This document shows positions 21,314 through 32,050 of a stretch of 64,000 bases of DNA, one piece after another; the first letter of the stretch is position 1; every line of letters starts with the position of its first letter. Origin of the DNA: Acidobacteriaceae bacterium. Its GTDB lineage: Bacteria; Acidobacteriota; Terriglobia; Terriglobales; Acidobacteriaceae. A program made the position numbers and the translations under genes. The notes beneath the pieces are model-generated. The model was not told the origin of the DNA. It searched no databases and was given only the letters and a program-made list of their open reading frames with translations. The DNA is taken from assembly GCA_030040425.1 (NCBI GenBank), contig JASHTS010000074.1, positions 12,198-76,197 on the forward strand, written 5' to 3'.

Positions 21314-22627
21314 TCAGCGGTGGGTGGGCGCGGCAGCACGACGCTTTCGGCCGAGAGAAAGCGCGCCGGCGACGGCGAGCACCACGATGGCCGGCTCAAT
21401 AGGCTCGCGGTAGTCCATGAGAACGAGCGAGAGATAGTACGTGAGGGGAAAGATGACGACGAGAATCAGGTAAGGGACGGCGGCCACCGCGTTGCTGCGC
21501 GTGAGGCGGATGAGGCCGATGAGCATGAGGACGGTGACCGAGCAAACGTAGAACATGTTGGGCAGCTCCGTGGGCTCGATTGCGCGATACTCAGGCCGGA
21601 GCGACCAGTAGCCGGTCCAGTAGTAGAGGACGCGGCGGCGGATGGCGCGGAGGAAGCCGCCGGGATGGGCGCGAATCCATGCGGCGGCGAGAGCATGTTT
21701 TTCGGCGAGGTAGGGGACTTCGCCCATGGAGAGGAATTTGCGCATCTCGTCGGGGTTGCTGGGCGGATGGGCGGAGGGATTCGAGGGAGGGTTGATGGGC
21801 GAAGTGTTCGAGTAGTTGCCGGCGTAGATGTTGATCCAATAGTCGTCGCGTACGGGGCAGAGAACATGGAGGGCGCGATAGTTGCGGAGGGTCCAGGGCG
21901 CGAGGGCGACGACCAGGGCAGCCACTGCGCAAGTGCCGAGGAGGAGCCGGTGCGGATTGGGGCCGCGGGCGCGACCGAGGGCGAAGACGAGCAGGAAGGG
22001 GAAGACCGAGAGCACGCAGGGATTGGATTGCGCGGTGATGCCGTAGAGCAGGCCGAAGCCCGCCCAGGGCAGCCACTTCTCAGCGGTGTGCAGGCGCTGC
22101 GCGATGCAGAAGCAGGTGGTGAAGAGAAGCGAGGTGAGCGCGTACTCCCAGACGCGGTCGGCGGAAAAATAGATGGCGAAGGGATAAAGGGCCCACGCCC
22201 AGGCGGCGATGCGGGCCGCGCGCGGGCCGAGGGAGTATTGGGCGCTGAAATAGACGGCGATGCAATTGAGAGACGAGAAGAGGCTGTTCAACGTGAGGAC
22301 GATGAAGCCGGAGGTGAGGGAGTAGATGCCGAAAAGCTTGAAGATGCCGGCGAGAAGAAAGGTGTAAAGCGGAGGCACCATGGCGGTGGGGCCGGTGATG
22401 GGCCAGACGGGAGAGCTGAATCCGTGGCCGGAGGCAAGGGCGCGCGCCACCCAGCCGACTTCCCACCCAAATTGCTCGTAGCAAAGATTGGCGTCAGGCA
22501 ATTGCCGGAAATAGAAACACACGACGATGAGGCGGACGGCGAAGGCGACGAGGACGGGGGAAAGCAGACGCCCGCGCAGGGCGGTCTTCTGGTCGTCGCG
22601 GATAACCGGCGCAGCTAAAGTTGCCAT
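21314..22627 (-). CDS. Membrane glycosyltransferase (GT39/ArnT-like)
   Basis: Multi-TM, GHGFSSP...GPTA..PPLY, PWTLRNY; ATG at 22627. Confidence 0.75.
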   Translation of the reverse strand: MATLAAPVIRDDQKTALRGRLLSPVLVAFAVRLIVVCFYFRQLPDANLCYEQFGWEVGWVARALASGHGFSSPVWPITGPTAMVPPLYTFLLAGIFKLFGIYSLTSGFIVLTLNSLFSSLNCIAVYFSAQYSLGPRAARIAAWAWALYPFAIYFSADRVWEYALTSLLFTTCFCIAQRLHTAEKWLPWAGFGLLYGITAQSNPCVLSVFPFLLVFALGRARGPNPHRLLLGTCAVAALVVALAPWTLRNYRALHVLCPVRDDYWINIYAGNYSNTSPINPPSNPSAHPPSNPDEMRKFLSMGEVPYLAEKHALAAAWIRAHPGGFLRAIRRRVLYYWTGYWSLRPEYRAIEPTELPNMFYVCSVTVLMLIGLIRLTRSNAVAAVPYLILVVIFPLTYYLSLVLMDYREPIEPAIVVLAVAGALSLGRKRRAAAPTHR

Positions 22628-22834
22628 GATGGCGAAGGAGTAAAGATGGGAGCCGCTCCTAGTGTAAACGGAAGGGGCGCGCGAATGCGGATCGATTCGG
22701 GGAGCGGGGAATTTTCTCCTCGGAAATGGGCCGAGGCATGGAATAAGCCGCGGTCCTTCGGGCGGGTGCAAAACCGCGTGGAAACCTTTCGCGGGGCGGG
22801 TGCTATGATGGGTCGGCTCGGATGGAGGGCGGGA

Positions 22835-25078
22835 ATGTTGAAAGCCTTTACAGGAGGCGCGGCGATGGCAGGCATGTGGGCAGTTGCCGCGCTGGCCGCG
22901 GCGGCGCAGCCGGCCCAGCCGGCATGGGTACGGTTCGATGCGGCGACGAAGGTGTTTCGCCTCGACGGCGGAGAGGTTTCGTACGTCTTCGGCGTGAATA
23001 CGCGCGGGGAGTTGCAGCAGCTCTATTGGGGCGGACGGCTGGCCCCGACAGACAACTTTCCCGCGGCGCAGCCGATGCCGGAGTGGTCCTCGTTTGACGG
23101 TTCCTACACCAATACGCCGCAGGAGTACGCAGGGTGGGGCGCAGGCATGTATAACGAGCCGGCGCTGAAGATCACGTTCTCTGACGGGAACCGGGACCTG
23201 GTGCTGCACTATGTGAGCCACACGCAGACGGACGACGGATTCGAGGTTGTCCTGAAGGATATCGAGCGGCCCATCTACGTGACGCTGCATTATGGGATGG
23301 ATGGCGAGAGCGGAGTGCTGGCGCGCTCGGCGACTATTGAAAACCGCGGAACGGAGCCGGTGACCATTGAGCAGGCCGCGGCCGCCGCGTGGGCGCTGCC
23401 GGCAGGGAATTACACGCTCAATACTTTGACCGGGCGATGGGCCGGCGAATTTACGCTGAACCAGGAGGCGATCGATCACGGCGCGCAGGTGATCGAAAGC
23501 CGCCGAGGCTCGACGGGGCACCAGGCGAATCCCTGGTTCGCCATCCAGGCCGGCGCGGCGGATGAGAACCACGGCGAGGTGTGGTTCGGCGCGCTGGCGT
23601 GGAGCGGCTCGTGGCGGATCACGGTGGAGCGGGATCAACTGGACGCGATACGCATTACGGGAGGGTTCAATCCCTTCGATTTCGGATACGTGCTCAAGCC
23701 GGACGAGAAGCTAGAGACGCCGGTGTTTTACGGAGGGTATGCGCGCGACGGGCTGGGCGGGGCTTCGCGCGTGCTGCACCGGTTCGAGCTCGAAAAGATT
23801 TTGCCGCGCACGAACGAGAACAGCGATGCGCGCATGCCGCGGCTGCGGCCGGTGCTTTACAACTCGTGGGAAGCGACGGAATTCAATGTGAACGAGGCGG
23901 GACAAATGGCTCTGGCGGAAAAGGCTGCGGCGCTGGGCGTGGACCGGTTCGTCATGGACGATGGATGGTTCGGGCAGCGCAAGAACGATCACGCGGGACT
24001 GGGCGACTGGTATGTGAATCCGCAGAAATTTCCGCACGGCTTGAAGCCGCTGATCGACAAGGTGCACGCGCTGGGGATGGACTTCGGGCTGTGGGTGGAG
24101 CCGGAGATGGTGAATCTGGATTCCGATCTGTACCGCGCGCATCCGGACTGGGTGCTGCATTTCAAGGGAAGGCCGGAGACCGAGCAGCGGAATCAACTGG
24201 TGTTGAACCTGGCGCGGCCGGATGTGCGCGACTTTGTGCTGAACACGCTGGACCGGCTGCTGAGCGAGAACGATATTGCGTTTCTGAAGTGGGATTACAA
24301 CCGCAACTGGAGCGAGCCGGGATGGGACCAGTTGCCACCGGCGGAGCAGAAGGCGGTGTACGTGGACTACACGCGCAATCTCTACTCGATTCTCAGCGAA
24401 CTGCGCCGCCGGCATCCGAAAGTGGAGATCGAGTCGTGCTCGGGCGGCGGCGGGCGCGTGGATTTGGGCATTCTGCGCTACGTGGACGAGGTGTGGCCGT
24501 CGGACAATACCGATCCCTTTGACCGACTGAGCATTCAGGATGGATTTACGTATGCGTACACGCCGCAGATCATGATGGCGTGGGTGACGGATTCGCCGCA
24601 CTGGCTGAACCATCGCAGCACGTCGCTTGCTTATCGGTTTCTGAGCTCGATGCAAGGATCGTTGGGCATTGGCGCCGACATTACGAAGTGGACGCCCGAG
24701 GAGACGGCGACAGCGAAGCGGCTGATTGCGGCCTACAAAGAGGTACAGGCGACGATCGCGCAGGGCGATCTGTACCGGCTGATCTCACCCCGCGATGGGA
24801 GCGAGTTTTCCTCGACGGAGACGGTGCGCGCGGACAAGAGCCAGGCGGTGGTGTTTGCGTTCATTCATTCCACGCAGGAGGGACGCGGCTTTCCGCTGCT
24901 AAAGCTCGAGGGGCTGGACCCGGCTGCCGAGTACGTGTTGAGCCCGATCGAGGGCAAAGCGCGCGCGGACACGCCGCAGACCGCGAGCGGAGCGTGGTGG
25001 ATGCATCATGGCCTGGCTATGGACGAGAACTTCAGAGGGGATTTTCAGGCTGCGGCGTTCCGGCTGGACCGGAAGTAG
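22835..25078 (+). CDS. Alpha-galactosidase GH36
   Basis: LYNSWEA, FVMDDGWFG, FGLWVEPEMV, LKWDYNR, CSGGGGR, WPSDNTD. Confidence 0.95.
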   Translation: MLKAFTGGAAMAGMWAVAALAAAAQPAQPAWVRFDAATKVFRLDGGEVSYVFGVNTRGELQQLYWGGRLAPTDNFPAAQPMPEWSSFDGSYTNTPQEYAGWGAGMYNEPALKITFSDGNRDLVLHYVSHTQTDDGFEVVLKDIERPIYVTLHYGMDGESGVLARSATIENRGTEPVTIEQAAAAAWALPAGNYTLNTLTGRWAGEFTLNQEAIDHGAQVIESRRGSTGHQANPWFAIQAGAADENHGEVWFGALAWSGSWRITVERDQLDAIRITGGFNPFDFGYVLKPDEKLETPVFYGGYARDGLGGASRVLHRFELEKILPRTNENSDARMPRLRPVLYNSWEATEFNVNEAGQMALAEKAAALGVDRFVMDDGWFGQRKNDHAGLGDWYVNPQKFPHGLKPLIDKVHALGMDFGLWVEPEMVNLDSDLYRAHPDWVLHFKGRPETEQRNQLVLNLARPDVRDFVLNTLDRLLSENDIAFLKWDYNRNWSEPGWDQLPPAEQKAVYVDYTRNLYSILSELRRRHPKVEIESCSGGGGRVDLGILRYVDEVWPSDNTDPFDRLSIQDGFTYAYTPQIMMAWVTDSPHWLNHRSTSLAYRFLSSMQGSLGIGADITKWTPEETATAKRLIAAYKEVQATIAQGDLYRLISPRDGSEFSSTETVRADKSQAVVFAFIHSTQEGRGFPLLKLEGLDPAAEYVLSPIEGKARADTPQTASGAWWMHHGLAMDENFRGDFQAAAFRLDRK

Positions 25079-25119
25079 GGGTCAGTGATCAGTTCTCAGT
25101 GGTCGGGGGTCAGGGATCG
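25076..25119 (+). repeat. Tandem heptamer repeat (CAGGGAT-like)
   Basis: Six degenerate 7-mers CAGTGAT/CAGTTCT/CAGTGGT/CGGGGGT/CAGGGAT. Confidence 0.7.
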
Positions 25120-25276
25120 GTTTGTTCTGGCTGGCGAGGGCGGCCGCGCGCAACGCGCGGGGGTTGGAATGGCCGCGTAGTAGACTGCGCTTTACGGCGC
25201 TTCAGGAATCGGCCTTCGGTTGCAGTATTTCCTAAAGTGCTTTGCAGTTGAAGCCCGCGGGGAGAATTCGCTCAAA

Positions 25277-26746
25277 ATGCACATTGTGTTTGCAGCCTCA
25301 GAGTGCGTTCCGTTTGCAAAAACGGGAGGGTTAGCCGATGTGGTGGGAGCCTTGCCGCGGGAGATGGTGAAGCTGGGCCATGAGGTGACGGTCTATTTGC
25401 CGCTTTACGCGCGCGTGCGGCCGCTGCTCAGCGAAGGGAACGGGGGCAAGAGCCGCGAGGCGGTGCAGTCGATTACGATTCCTTTCCGCTATTACAACCG
25501 GTTTGCGGCGATTGTGGATGGAGGCAGACGCGAGGGGGTGCAGTTCTACTTTGTCGATTGCCCCGAGCTCTTCGATCGGCCGGAACTCTATGGCACCGCC
25601 GGCGGCGAATACGCCGACAACGCGGAGCGCTTCGGACTGTTTTGCCGCGCGGTGGTGGAGGCGACGAAGTGGCTGGGCGTGCCCGAGGTCTTTCATGTGC
25701 ACGACTGGCAGGCGGCGCTGATTTCCGTGTATCTGCGCACCACGTATGCGGACGATTCCGCGTTGCATGGAGCCGCCGCGGTGCTGACGATTCACAATGC
25801 CGCGTACCAGGGAAAATTTCCGCCGCAAACGACGGAGCAACTGCTGTTTCCCTGGAGCCTGTTCACCATGGACAAGCTGGAGCAGTACGACCGTTTCAAT
25901 TTTCTGAAAGGCGGCATCGTCTACTCCGATCTGCTGACTACGGTAAGCAGGAAATATGCAGAGGAGATTCAGACGGCGGAGTTCGGCGAGCAACTGGATG
26001 GAATTCTGCGCATGCGCGGGCCTGACCTGCGCGGCATTTTGAACGGCGTGGACTACGCGCGCTGGGATCCGGCGGCGGACAACAACCTCGCTGCGCATTA
26101 CACGGCGGAGAACCTCCAAGGCAAGCGCGCCTGCCGGGCGGATTTGCTGCACGCTTTTGGCCTCGAAGCAGTGGGGGATGGCGTGCCGGTGATGGGGATC
26201 GTTTCGCGGCTGGCCACGCAAAAGGGAATCGACCTGGTCTCGAGGATTGCCGAAGAGCTGGTTTCGCGCGATGTGGTGGTGACGGCGCTGGGCTCAGGCG
26301 AGCCGATCTACGAGAACTTCTTCCGCGGCTGGGCATTCCGGCACCCGGGGAGTGTGGCGGTGCGCGTGGGTTACGACGACGCACTGGCGCACAAGATCGA
26401 AGCGGGCGCAGACATGTTTCTGATGCCCTCGCGCTATGAGCCTTCGGGGTTGAACCAGATGTACTCGCTCAAATACGGCACCGTGCCTGTGGTGCGCGCG
26501 ACGGGCGGGCTGGACGACACGATCGAAGAGTGGGACGCTGACGCGCGGAGGGGGACGGGCTTCAAGTTTGCGGGTTATGACCCGAAGGATTTGCTGGCCG
26601 CCGTGGACCGGGCCCTTGAGGCATTCCAGGATAAAGAAGCGTGGGCGCGGCTGATGCGCAACGGCATGGCGCTGGATTATTCGTGGGAGGGTCCGGCGCG
26701 GGAGTATGCCGAGGTCTATGAGGAAGCGGCGCGGAGGCGGGCGTGA
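25277..26746 (+). CDS. glgA: Glycogen synthase
   Basis: ECVPFAKTGGLADV, HVHDWQ, TIHN, PSRYEP, TGGL.DT. Confidence 0.95.
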   Translation: MHIVFAASECVPFAKTGGLADVVGALPREMVKLGHEVTVYLPLYARVRPLLSEGNGGKSREAVQSITIPFRYYNRFAAIVDGGRREGVQFYFVDCPELFDRPELYGTAGGEYADNAERFGLFCRAVVEATKWLGVPEVFHVHDWQAALISVYLRTTYADDSALHGAAAVLTIHNAAYQGKFPPQTTEQLLFPWSLFTMDKLEQYDRFNFLKGGIVYSDLLTTVSRKYAEEIQTAEFGEQLDGILRMRGPDLRGILNGVDYARWDPAADNNLAAHYTAENLQGKRACRADLLHAFGLEAVGDGVPVMGIVSRLATQKGIDLVSRIAEELVSRDVVVTALGSGEPIYENFFRGWAFRHPGSVAVRVGYDDALAHKIEAGADMFLMPSRYEPSGLNQMYSLKYGTVPVVRATGGLDDTIEEWDADARRGTGFKFAGYDPKDLLAAVDRALEAFQDKEAWARLMRNGMALDYSWEGPAREYAEVYEEAARRRA

Positions 26747-26811
26747 GCGTGAAGCAGGCAAGGGTTGCGCTGGACCTTGATGGTTGGAAACAAGAGCTCC
26801 CGAAAGTCAAC

Positions 26812-26863
26812 CGCAGGTCCTTCGACTCCGTCCCGCTCATGCGAGACTCCGCTCAGCATGACA
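26812..26863 (+). repeat. Palindromic repeat family A
   Basis: CGCAGGTCCTTCGACTCCG...CCGCTCAGCATGACA, between convergent genes. Confidence 0.85.
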
Positions 26864-26926
26864 GTGAGGTGGATGGGGCAAGGTGCGCTTAGGGTGGGAC
26901 AAGTTGTGTGGGAGCGTGGACGGGAA

Positions 26927-28411
26927 CTAGACGGTCTGCGGGATGGATACTTCGGCCTCAGGCTGCTGCGCGCTGAGGGGGAGGAAGACAGAGAAGACGG
27001 TGCCGCTTTTGCCGGGTGTGGTGGCGCTGCGGACATGGATGGAGCCATGATGATTTTCAACGATGCTCTTGCACACCCAGAGCCCCAGGCCGGTGCCCAC
27101 GTCTCTCTTGGTGGTGAAGAAGGGCTGAAACAGCTGAGAGAGCGCTTCGGGCGGGATGCCGCTGCCGGTATCAGCCACGGTGAGGCGAACACCGCTAAGC
27201 CCGCTTCCGCTCCATTGCGTGGCGGCGGAGACGCGGATGCGCACCCGGCCGCCGGTTTCGAGCGCGTCGATGCTGTTGCTGACCAGGTTGGCCACGACCT
27301 GGCGAATCTCGCCGGGCACAGCATAGAGCTCAACGTCGCTCGCGATCTCCGGCGAGACGACGATTCCCTTGTTGCGCGTCCGTGAAGAGAAGACGGAGAT
27401 GAGAGAGGTGACGATTTCCCCGAGATGGAAATGGGTGGCGCCTTTGGTTTCGCGATAGAAGCCGAGGGTCTGCCGGGTGAGGTGCGAGACGCGCTCGAGC
27501 TCTTCCTCGGCGAGGTCGAGGTAACGCCTGGCTTCATTCTGCGTGGGCGCATGCCGGGCGAGGTAGATGAGATTGATGACCGCTTCGAGGGGGTTGTTGA
27601 TCTCATGCGCGACCGTTGCCGCGAGCCGGCCGACGGAGGCAAGACGCTCCGTGATCTGCAGCGCGCGCTCGGTCTTCTTGCTCTGCGTGATGTCGCGCGC
27701 GATCTTGGCTGCGCCGACGATCTTGCCGCTGTTGTCGCGGACGGGCGAGACCGTAAGCGAGACCTCAACCAGCTCGCCGCTCTTGTGCATGCGCACGGTT
27801 TCGAAAAGGTCGATGCGTTCGCCCCTGGCGATGGTGGAAAGAATCTGGGTTTCCTGGTCCTGCAGATCACGAGGGATGATTTTCGTGATCGGCTGGCCGA
27901 TCATCTCTTCCGCAGTAAACCCGAAGATGCGTTGAGCGCCCTGGTTCCAACTGGTGACGATTCCGTTGAGATCCTTGCTGACGATGGCGTCGTGCGATGA
28001 CTCGACGATGGCGGCCAAGCGGTGCAAACCCTCCTCGGCGATTTTGCGTGCGGTGATGTCCTGGACGATGCCGAACATGCGCGTCTCATTGCGGAACCTG
28101 CGGCCCTTGCAATAGAGCCAGCGCAAGCCGAGCTGGGGATGACGATAACGGTAGTGGAAATCGATGGTCCCGGTGCGCAGGGCTTCCCGCATGTGTGCCT
28201 GCACCTTGGGCCAATCCTCAGGGAAGACGCGCGCAGCCCATTTCTCCACACGATCGGGGTCGCCGGGTTCCGTGCCGAAGATGCGATGCAACTCGTCAGA
28301 GAGCGACTGCGAGGATTCGGCGGGGCCCCACTCCCACATGCCGAGCTGTGCAGCCGCCTGCGCCAATTCCAAGCGCTCGCCATACTCTTCGTTTTGATTG
28401 GGTGAAATCAT
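26927..28411 (-). CDS. PAS/PAC sensor histidine kinase
   Basis: LGMWEW PAS_3, AAIVESSHDAIVSK PAS, AHEINNPL, FFTTK..GTGLGLW; start MISPNQ. Confidence 0.9.
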   Translation of the reverse strand: MISPNQNEEYGERLELAQAAAQLGMWEWGPAESSQSLSDELHRIFGTEPGDPDRVEKWAARVFPEDWPKVQAHMREALRTGTIDFHYRYRHPQLGLRWLYCKGRRFRNETRMFGIVQDITARKIAEEGLHRLAAIVESSHDAIVSKDLNGIVTSWNQGAQRIFGFTAEEMIGQPITKIIPRDLQDQETQILSTIARGERIDLFETVRMHKSGELVEVSLTVSPVRDNSGKIVGAAKIARDITQSKKTERALQITERLASVGRLAATVAHEINNPLEAVINLIYLARHAPTQNEARRYLDLAEEELERVSHLTRQTLGFYRETKGATHFHLGEIVTSLISVFSSRTRNKGIVVSPEIASDVELYAVPGEIRQVVANLVSNSIDALETGGRVRIRVSAATQWSGSGLSGVRLTVADTGSGIPPEALSQLFQPFFTTKRDVGTGLGLWVCKSIVENHHGSIHVRSATTPGKSGTVFSVFLPLSAQQPEAEVSIPQTV

Positions 28412-28658
28412 GCGAGGGCCCGGCCCTACCGCGAGAAGGCGGCGGTTGCCGTTTCTCTTAGCATGGATGCGCAGTCCGGTCAAAGGTTGATCTGGCGGGG
28501 CAGCGGCGTTCCCGTTGCTTCGGGACAGGAAGGGCGGCGAACGACCGGGCCCCTGAATTTGGAGCTTTACGAAGGGTCGGATGCCGCGAAGGCAGATTTG
28601 GTTGGGTGGGCGCAGGCCTGCCGGCTGACAGGCAGCCGCTGCTTCCGGCGCCCCGGAG

Positions 28659-30272
28659 CTAGCTGTGCTTGCCCTTCCACTCCTCGTACGGTCCCTGGAA
28701 GTCCTCGATGGCGCCGTCGTGGAAGACCCAGAGGCGCGTGGCCACTTCATCGATGAGGTCGTGATCGTGGGTGACGAGCAGGACCGTGCCTTCGTAGCGC
28801 TGCAGCGCGATGTTGAGCGCATTGATGGCCTCGAGATCGAGGTGATTGGTGGGCTCGTCGAAGACGAGGAAGTTGGGCTTGGTGAGGATGAGCTTGCAGA
28901 AGGCCAGCCGCGCCTGTTCGCCGCCCGAAAGCGCTTCGGTGGGCTTGGAGCCTTCCTCGCCCGAGAACAGCATCTGGCCAAGGATGCCGCGAATGTCTTC
29001 GACGTGCGCGGCGGGGCTCCAGCGATGAAGCCATTCGGCCACGGTGAGGCCCGGCTCGATTCCCGGTCCAGTGAGGGTTGAGCCGACGTCCTGGGGAAAG
29101 TAGCCCACCTGCGCCTCGTGGCCCCAGAAGACGGAGCCGGAGTCGAGGGCGAACTCCTTGTCGGCGAGGCCGGGGTAATTGGCGAGCAGGCTCTTGAGCA
29201 GGGTGGTTTTGCCCGCGCCGTTGCGACCCATGATGCAGATTTTTTCGCCGCGCAGGACGTTGGCGGTGAAACCGTCGATGACTTTGAGGTCGCCGTAGTA
29301 CTTGGTGAGGTGCTTGAATTCAAGCACGTGCTTGCCGCTGGGGCGCACCTGGTCAAAGCGGATGTAGGGGCGCTGGATGTTGGAGCGGGCAAGCTCGTTG
29401 CTCTGCAAACGCTCCACCTCTTTGCGGCGGCTGGTCACCTGCGAGGAGCGCGTGCCGGCGGCGAAGCGCGCGATGAACTCGTTGAGCTGCGCGATTTTTT
29501 TCTCGCGCTGCGCGATCTCAGATTCGAGCCGGGAGCGAATCTGGGTCTTGGCCATCACCATGTCGTCGTAGCCGCCGGTGTAAGTGATGATGGTCTGGTA
29601 ATCGATGTCGGCGGTGTGCGTGGTGACGCTGTTGAGAAAGTGGCGGTCGTGGGAGATGGCGATGAGCGTGCCGTCGTAGGCGAGCAGAAAATCCTGCAGC
29701 CAGTGGATGGAGTCGAGATCGAGGTAGTTGGTGGGCTCGTCGAGGAGCAGAGCCTCGGGCTTGCCGAAGAGCGCCTGCGCCAGCAGCACGCGCACTTTCT
29801 GGCCGCCCTGCAACTCGGCCATTTTGCGCTCGTGCAGCGGCTCGGGGATGTCGAGGCCGTCGAGAAGAACGGCGGCGTCGCTCTCGGCGGTGTAGCCGTC
29901 CTCGTCGCCGATGATGCCCTCGAGCTCGCCCAAACGCATGCCGTCCTCGTCGGTCATCTCGGCTTTTGCGTAGATGCGGTCGCGTTCTTCGAGCGCGGCC
30001 CACAGCGGCTGGTTGCCCATGGTCACGGTGTCGAGGACGCGATAGGCGTCGAAGGCGAACTGGTCTTGCCGCAAGACACCGAGCTTGCGCGGGCGCACGA
30101 CGTTGCCCTTCTGCGGGTCGAGCTCGCCGGTGAGAATCTTCATGAAGGTGGTCTTGCCCGCGCCATTGGGGCCAGTGAGCCCGTAACGGCGGCCGGGCGC
30201 GAACGCGGTGCTGACATCCTCAAAAAGAATCCTGGCGCCGTAGCGCATGGTGATGTTGGAGACGCTAAGCAT
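28659..30272 (-). CDS. ABC-F family ATPase (YbiT-like)
   Basis: Two NBDs (GPNGAGKT, GRNGAGKT), ISHDRHFL, no TM segments. Confidence 0.92.
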   Translation of the reverse strand: MLSVSNITMRYGARILFEDVSTAFAPGRRYGLTGPNGAGKTTFMKILTGELDPQKGNVVRPRKLGVLRQDQFAFDAYRVLDTVTMGNQPLWAALEERDRIYAKAEMTDEDGMRLGELEGIIGDEDGYTAESDAAVLLDGLDIPEPLHERKMAELQGGQKVRVLLAQALFGKPEALLLDEPTNYLDLDSIHWLQDFLLAYDGTLIAISHDRHFLNSVTTHTADIDYQTIITYTGGYDDMVMAKTQIRSRLESEIAQREKKIAQLNEFIARFAAGTRSSQVTSRRKEVERLQSNELARSNIQRPYIRFDQVRPSGKHVLEFKHLTKYYGDLKVIDGFTANVLRGEKICIMGRNGAGKTTLLKSLLANYPGLADKEFALDSGSVFWGHEAQVGYFPQDVGSTLTGPGIEPGLTVAEWLHRWSPAAHVEDIRGILGQMLFSGEEGSKPTEALSGGEQARLAFCKLILTKPNFLVFDEPTNHLDLEAINALNIALQRYEGTVLLVTHDHDLIDEVATRLWVFHDGAIEDFQGPYEEWKGKHS

Positions 30273-30455
30273 TTCTGGCTGGTTCCTAAATGCGGGCCGC
30301 AGCGGGGTATGGGGCACCGACAGCCCAGATGAAGCTGGGGTTGGGTCGTGGTTTGGGCGCGCGTGGGCAGCGCCCCGGAGAACTTCTGCTTCTCCAGTTT
30401 CTCATAGAGACGTGCTCGGCGGCCTGTAATGCCGGAGTGGAGCGCAGCGGTTCGC

Positions 30456-31232
30456 CTACTCAACTGTTTCGTATAAAGACATCGGATAGATGTCGTTTCT
30501 CTTCGGATGATTGCGCAGATAAATCACGCGGATCATAGATCCACTTCGATATTCGTCAGAAGAAGTACCCGATCCTTCGACTGACTCATTGTCCTGGGTA
30601 AGAAACTCGTAATACACAGTGAAAACCTTACGGTTCGGCGCACAGCCGGTGACTTTGCCTTCCACCACCCATCCCTTGCGCGCCAAACGTCTATCCCGGT
30701 ACAGGTATCCCGCCATGGCGATGCCGCCGCCGAAAAAGAGGGCTCCGAAATAATGGGGGAACACGTCGTTCCACCAGGACCACCACGCCCAGCCGATGGG
30801 ATGATTGACCAGCGGATTAGAAGGCAGATACTGGACCGCAATCGGATCTCCTACGTGGAGGTAGGGGAGATCGCCGCCGGGCGACGGAGGCTCGTAGTCC
30901 AGGTTGATGTTGTCGCCATATTCCACGCCGTCGACGCGGAACGCGTAATGCGCATACGTCGCGCTCCGGCCGCTTGAGAATCTCGTGATTTTTCCCGGCA
31001 CCACACGCCCGTCCCGGCTCAGCGCCTGCCGATGGCCCGCCCGATAAATGAAGTAGTAGTAATAGGCTCCGCCAAACCAGATCGCGCCAATCCCAAGGAG
31101 AATGACGACACCCGCAAGCGCTGTATATCCACCATCCGGGTTGAGGCGAGTTCTCCTCGGGATCCTCGCGTTGATTTCGTGAATGCTCGGTTCTTCGGGA
31201 ACGCGGATCTGATCGTCGGAAACTCCGAACAT
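30456..31232 (-). CDS. Membrane protein with two DUF3592-like domains
   Basis: TM + G.I/VT...Y.F...G..I.V.YLP/R..P module repeated twice; more AT-rich codons. Confidence 0.65.
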   Translation of the reverse strand: MFGVSDDQIRVPEEPSIHEINARIPRRTRLNPDGGYTALAGVVILLGIGAIWFGGAYYYYFIYRAGHRQALSRDGRVVPGKITRFSSGRSATYAHYAFRVDGVEYGDNINLDYEPPSPGGDLPYLHVGDPIAVQYLPSNPLVNHPIGWAWWSWWNDVFPHYFGALFFGGGIAMAGYLYRDRRLARKGWVVEGKVTGCAPNRKVFTVYYEFLTQDNESVEGSGTSSDEYRSGSMIRVIYLRNHPKRNDIYPMSLYETVE

Positions 31233-31302
31233 CGTCTTCTTCCTTGCAGGCCGCCGCGGTTTCCAATAAGGGCCGAATGCAGCCAGTCTCGCACGATCTT
31301 GT

Positions 31303-32007
31303 TCAAAAAATGTCCCGGAGTTTGGCGAAGGAATCGAGCTCGATAAGATGCCGGCCTGCGGGCGGCTGTGCGAGTTCGGCGTGCTCGAGGACCCAGGTGT
31401 CTTTGTGGAAGAGGAAGACGGCGTGGAGGCCGGCGGCGAGCGCGGGATTGATGTCGCTCTTGGGGCTGTTGCCGATCATCCACGCGAAGCCAAGCGCCAC
31501 GCCGTGCCGCGCGACGACGGCGTGGTACGCGGCGGCGTCCTTTTCGGGAAGGATTTCGACGGCGCTGAAATACGGAGCGAGACCGGAGCGGGCCAGCTTG
31601 CCGGCCTGCTCGGCGTGGTTGCCCTTGGTCATGAGAATGAGGTGATGGCGAGTGGCGAGCGAGGCGAGGGTTTCGGCAACGCCGGGGAGCAACTCGATCT
31701 CCTGCTCGGCGATGGTGCGGGCGAAACCGCGGATGCGCTCGCGCTTTTCTTCGCTGACGGGCGCGGGCGAGAGGCGCTCGAAGCAATCGACCAGCGAGCG
31801 GGTGAAGCTCGAGAGGCCGTAGCCATGGGCGAGGATGGTCTCGCGCTCGACGGCGTTGAGGGTAGAGCGCACGGCAGCGGGCGAGAGTTCCTGGTGGTTC
31901 AAGAGGCCGATGAACGCGGCGATGGCGCGCTCAAAGTAGATGTTGTTTTCCCAGAGCGTGTCATCGGCGTCGATGAGCAGGGTTTGTCCGGCGGGGAAGC
32001 GGGGCAT
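31303..32007 (-). CDS. HAD-superfamily hydrolase
   Basis: IDADDTLWEN, TKG, EKD, MIGNSPKSDINP. Confidence 0.9.
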   Translation of the reverse strand: MPRFPAGQTLLIDADDTLWENNIYFERAIAAFIGLLNHQELSPAAVRSTLNAVERETILAHGYGLSSFTRSLVDCFERLSPAPVSEEKRERIRGFARTIAEQEIELLPGVAETLASLATRHHLILMTKGNHAEQAGKLARSGLAPYFSAVEILPEKDAAAYHAVVARHGVALGFAWMIGNSPKSDINPALAAGLHAVFLFHKDTWVLEHAELAQPPAGRHLIELDSFAKLRDIF

Positions 32008-32050
32008 GGAGGCAGGATACAGGGAACAGGGAGCGAAGGAGCAAGGGCAC

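Noticed and set aside
22628-23638. Long N-terminal extension of the glycosyltransferase ORF
   Set aside because: Antisense to the GH36 gene; membrane-protein sequence starts at 22627
28412-29392. N-terminal ~325 aa of the 821-aa kinase ORF as a fusion or frameshift product
   Set aside because: Largely an alternative-frame overlap with the ABC-F gene and Ser/Pro/Arg-rich; PAS sequence starts only after M at 28411
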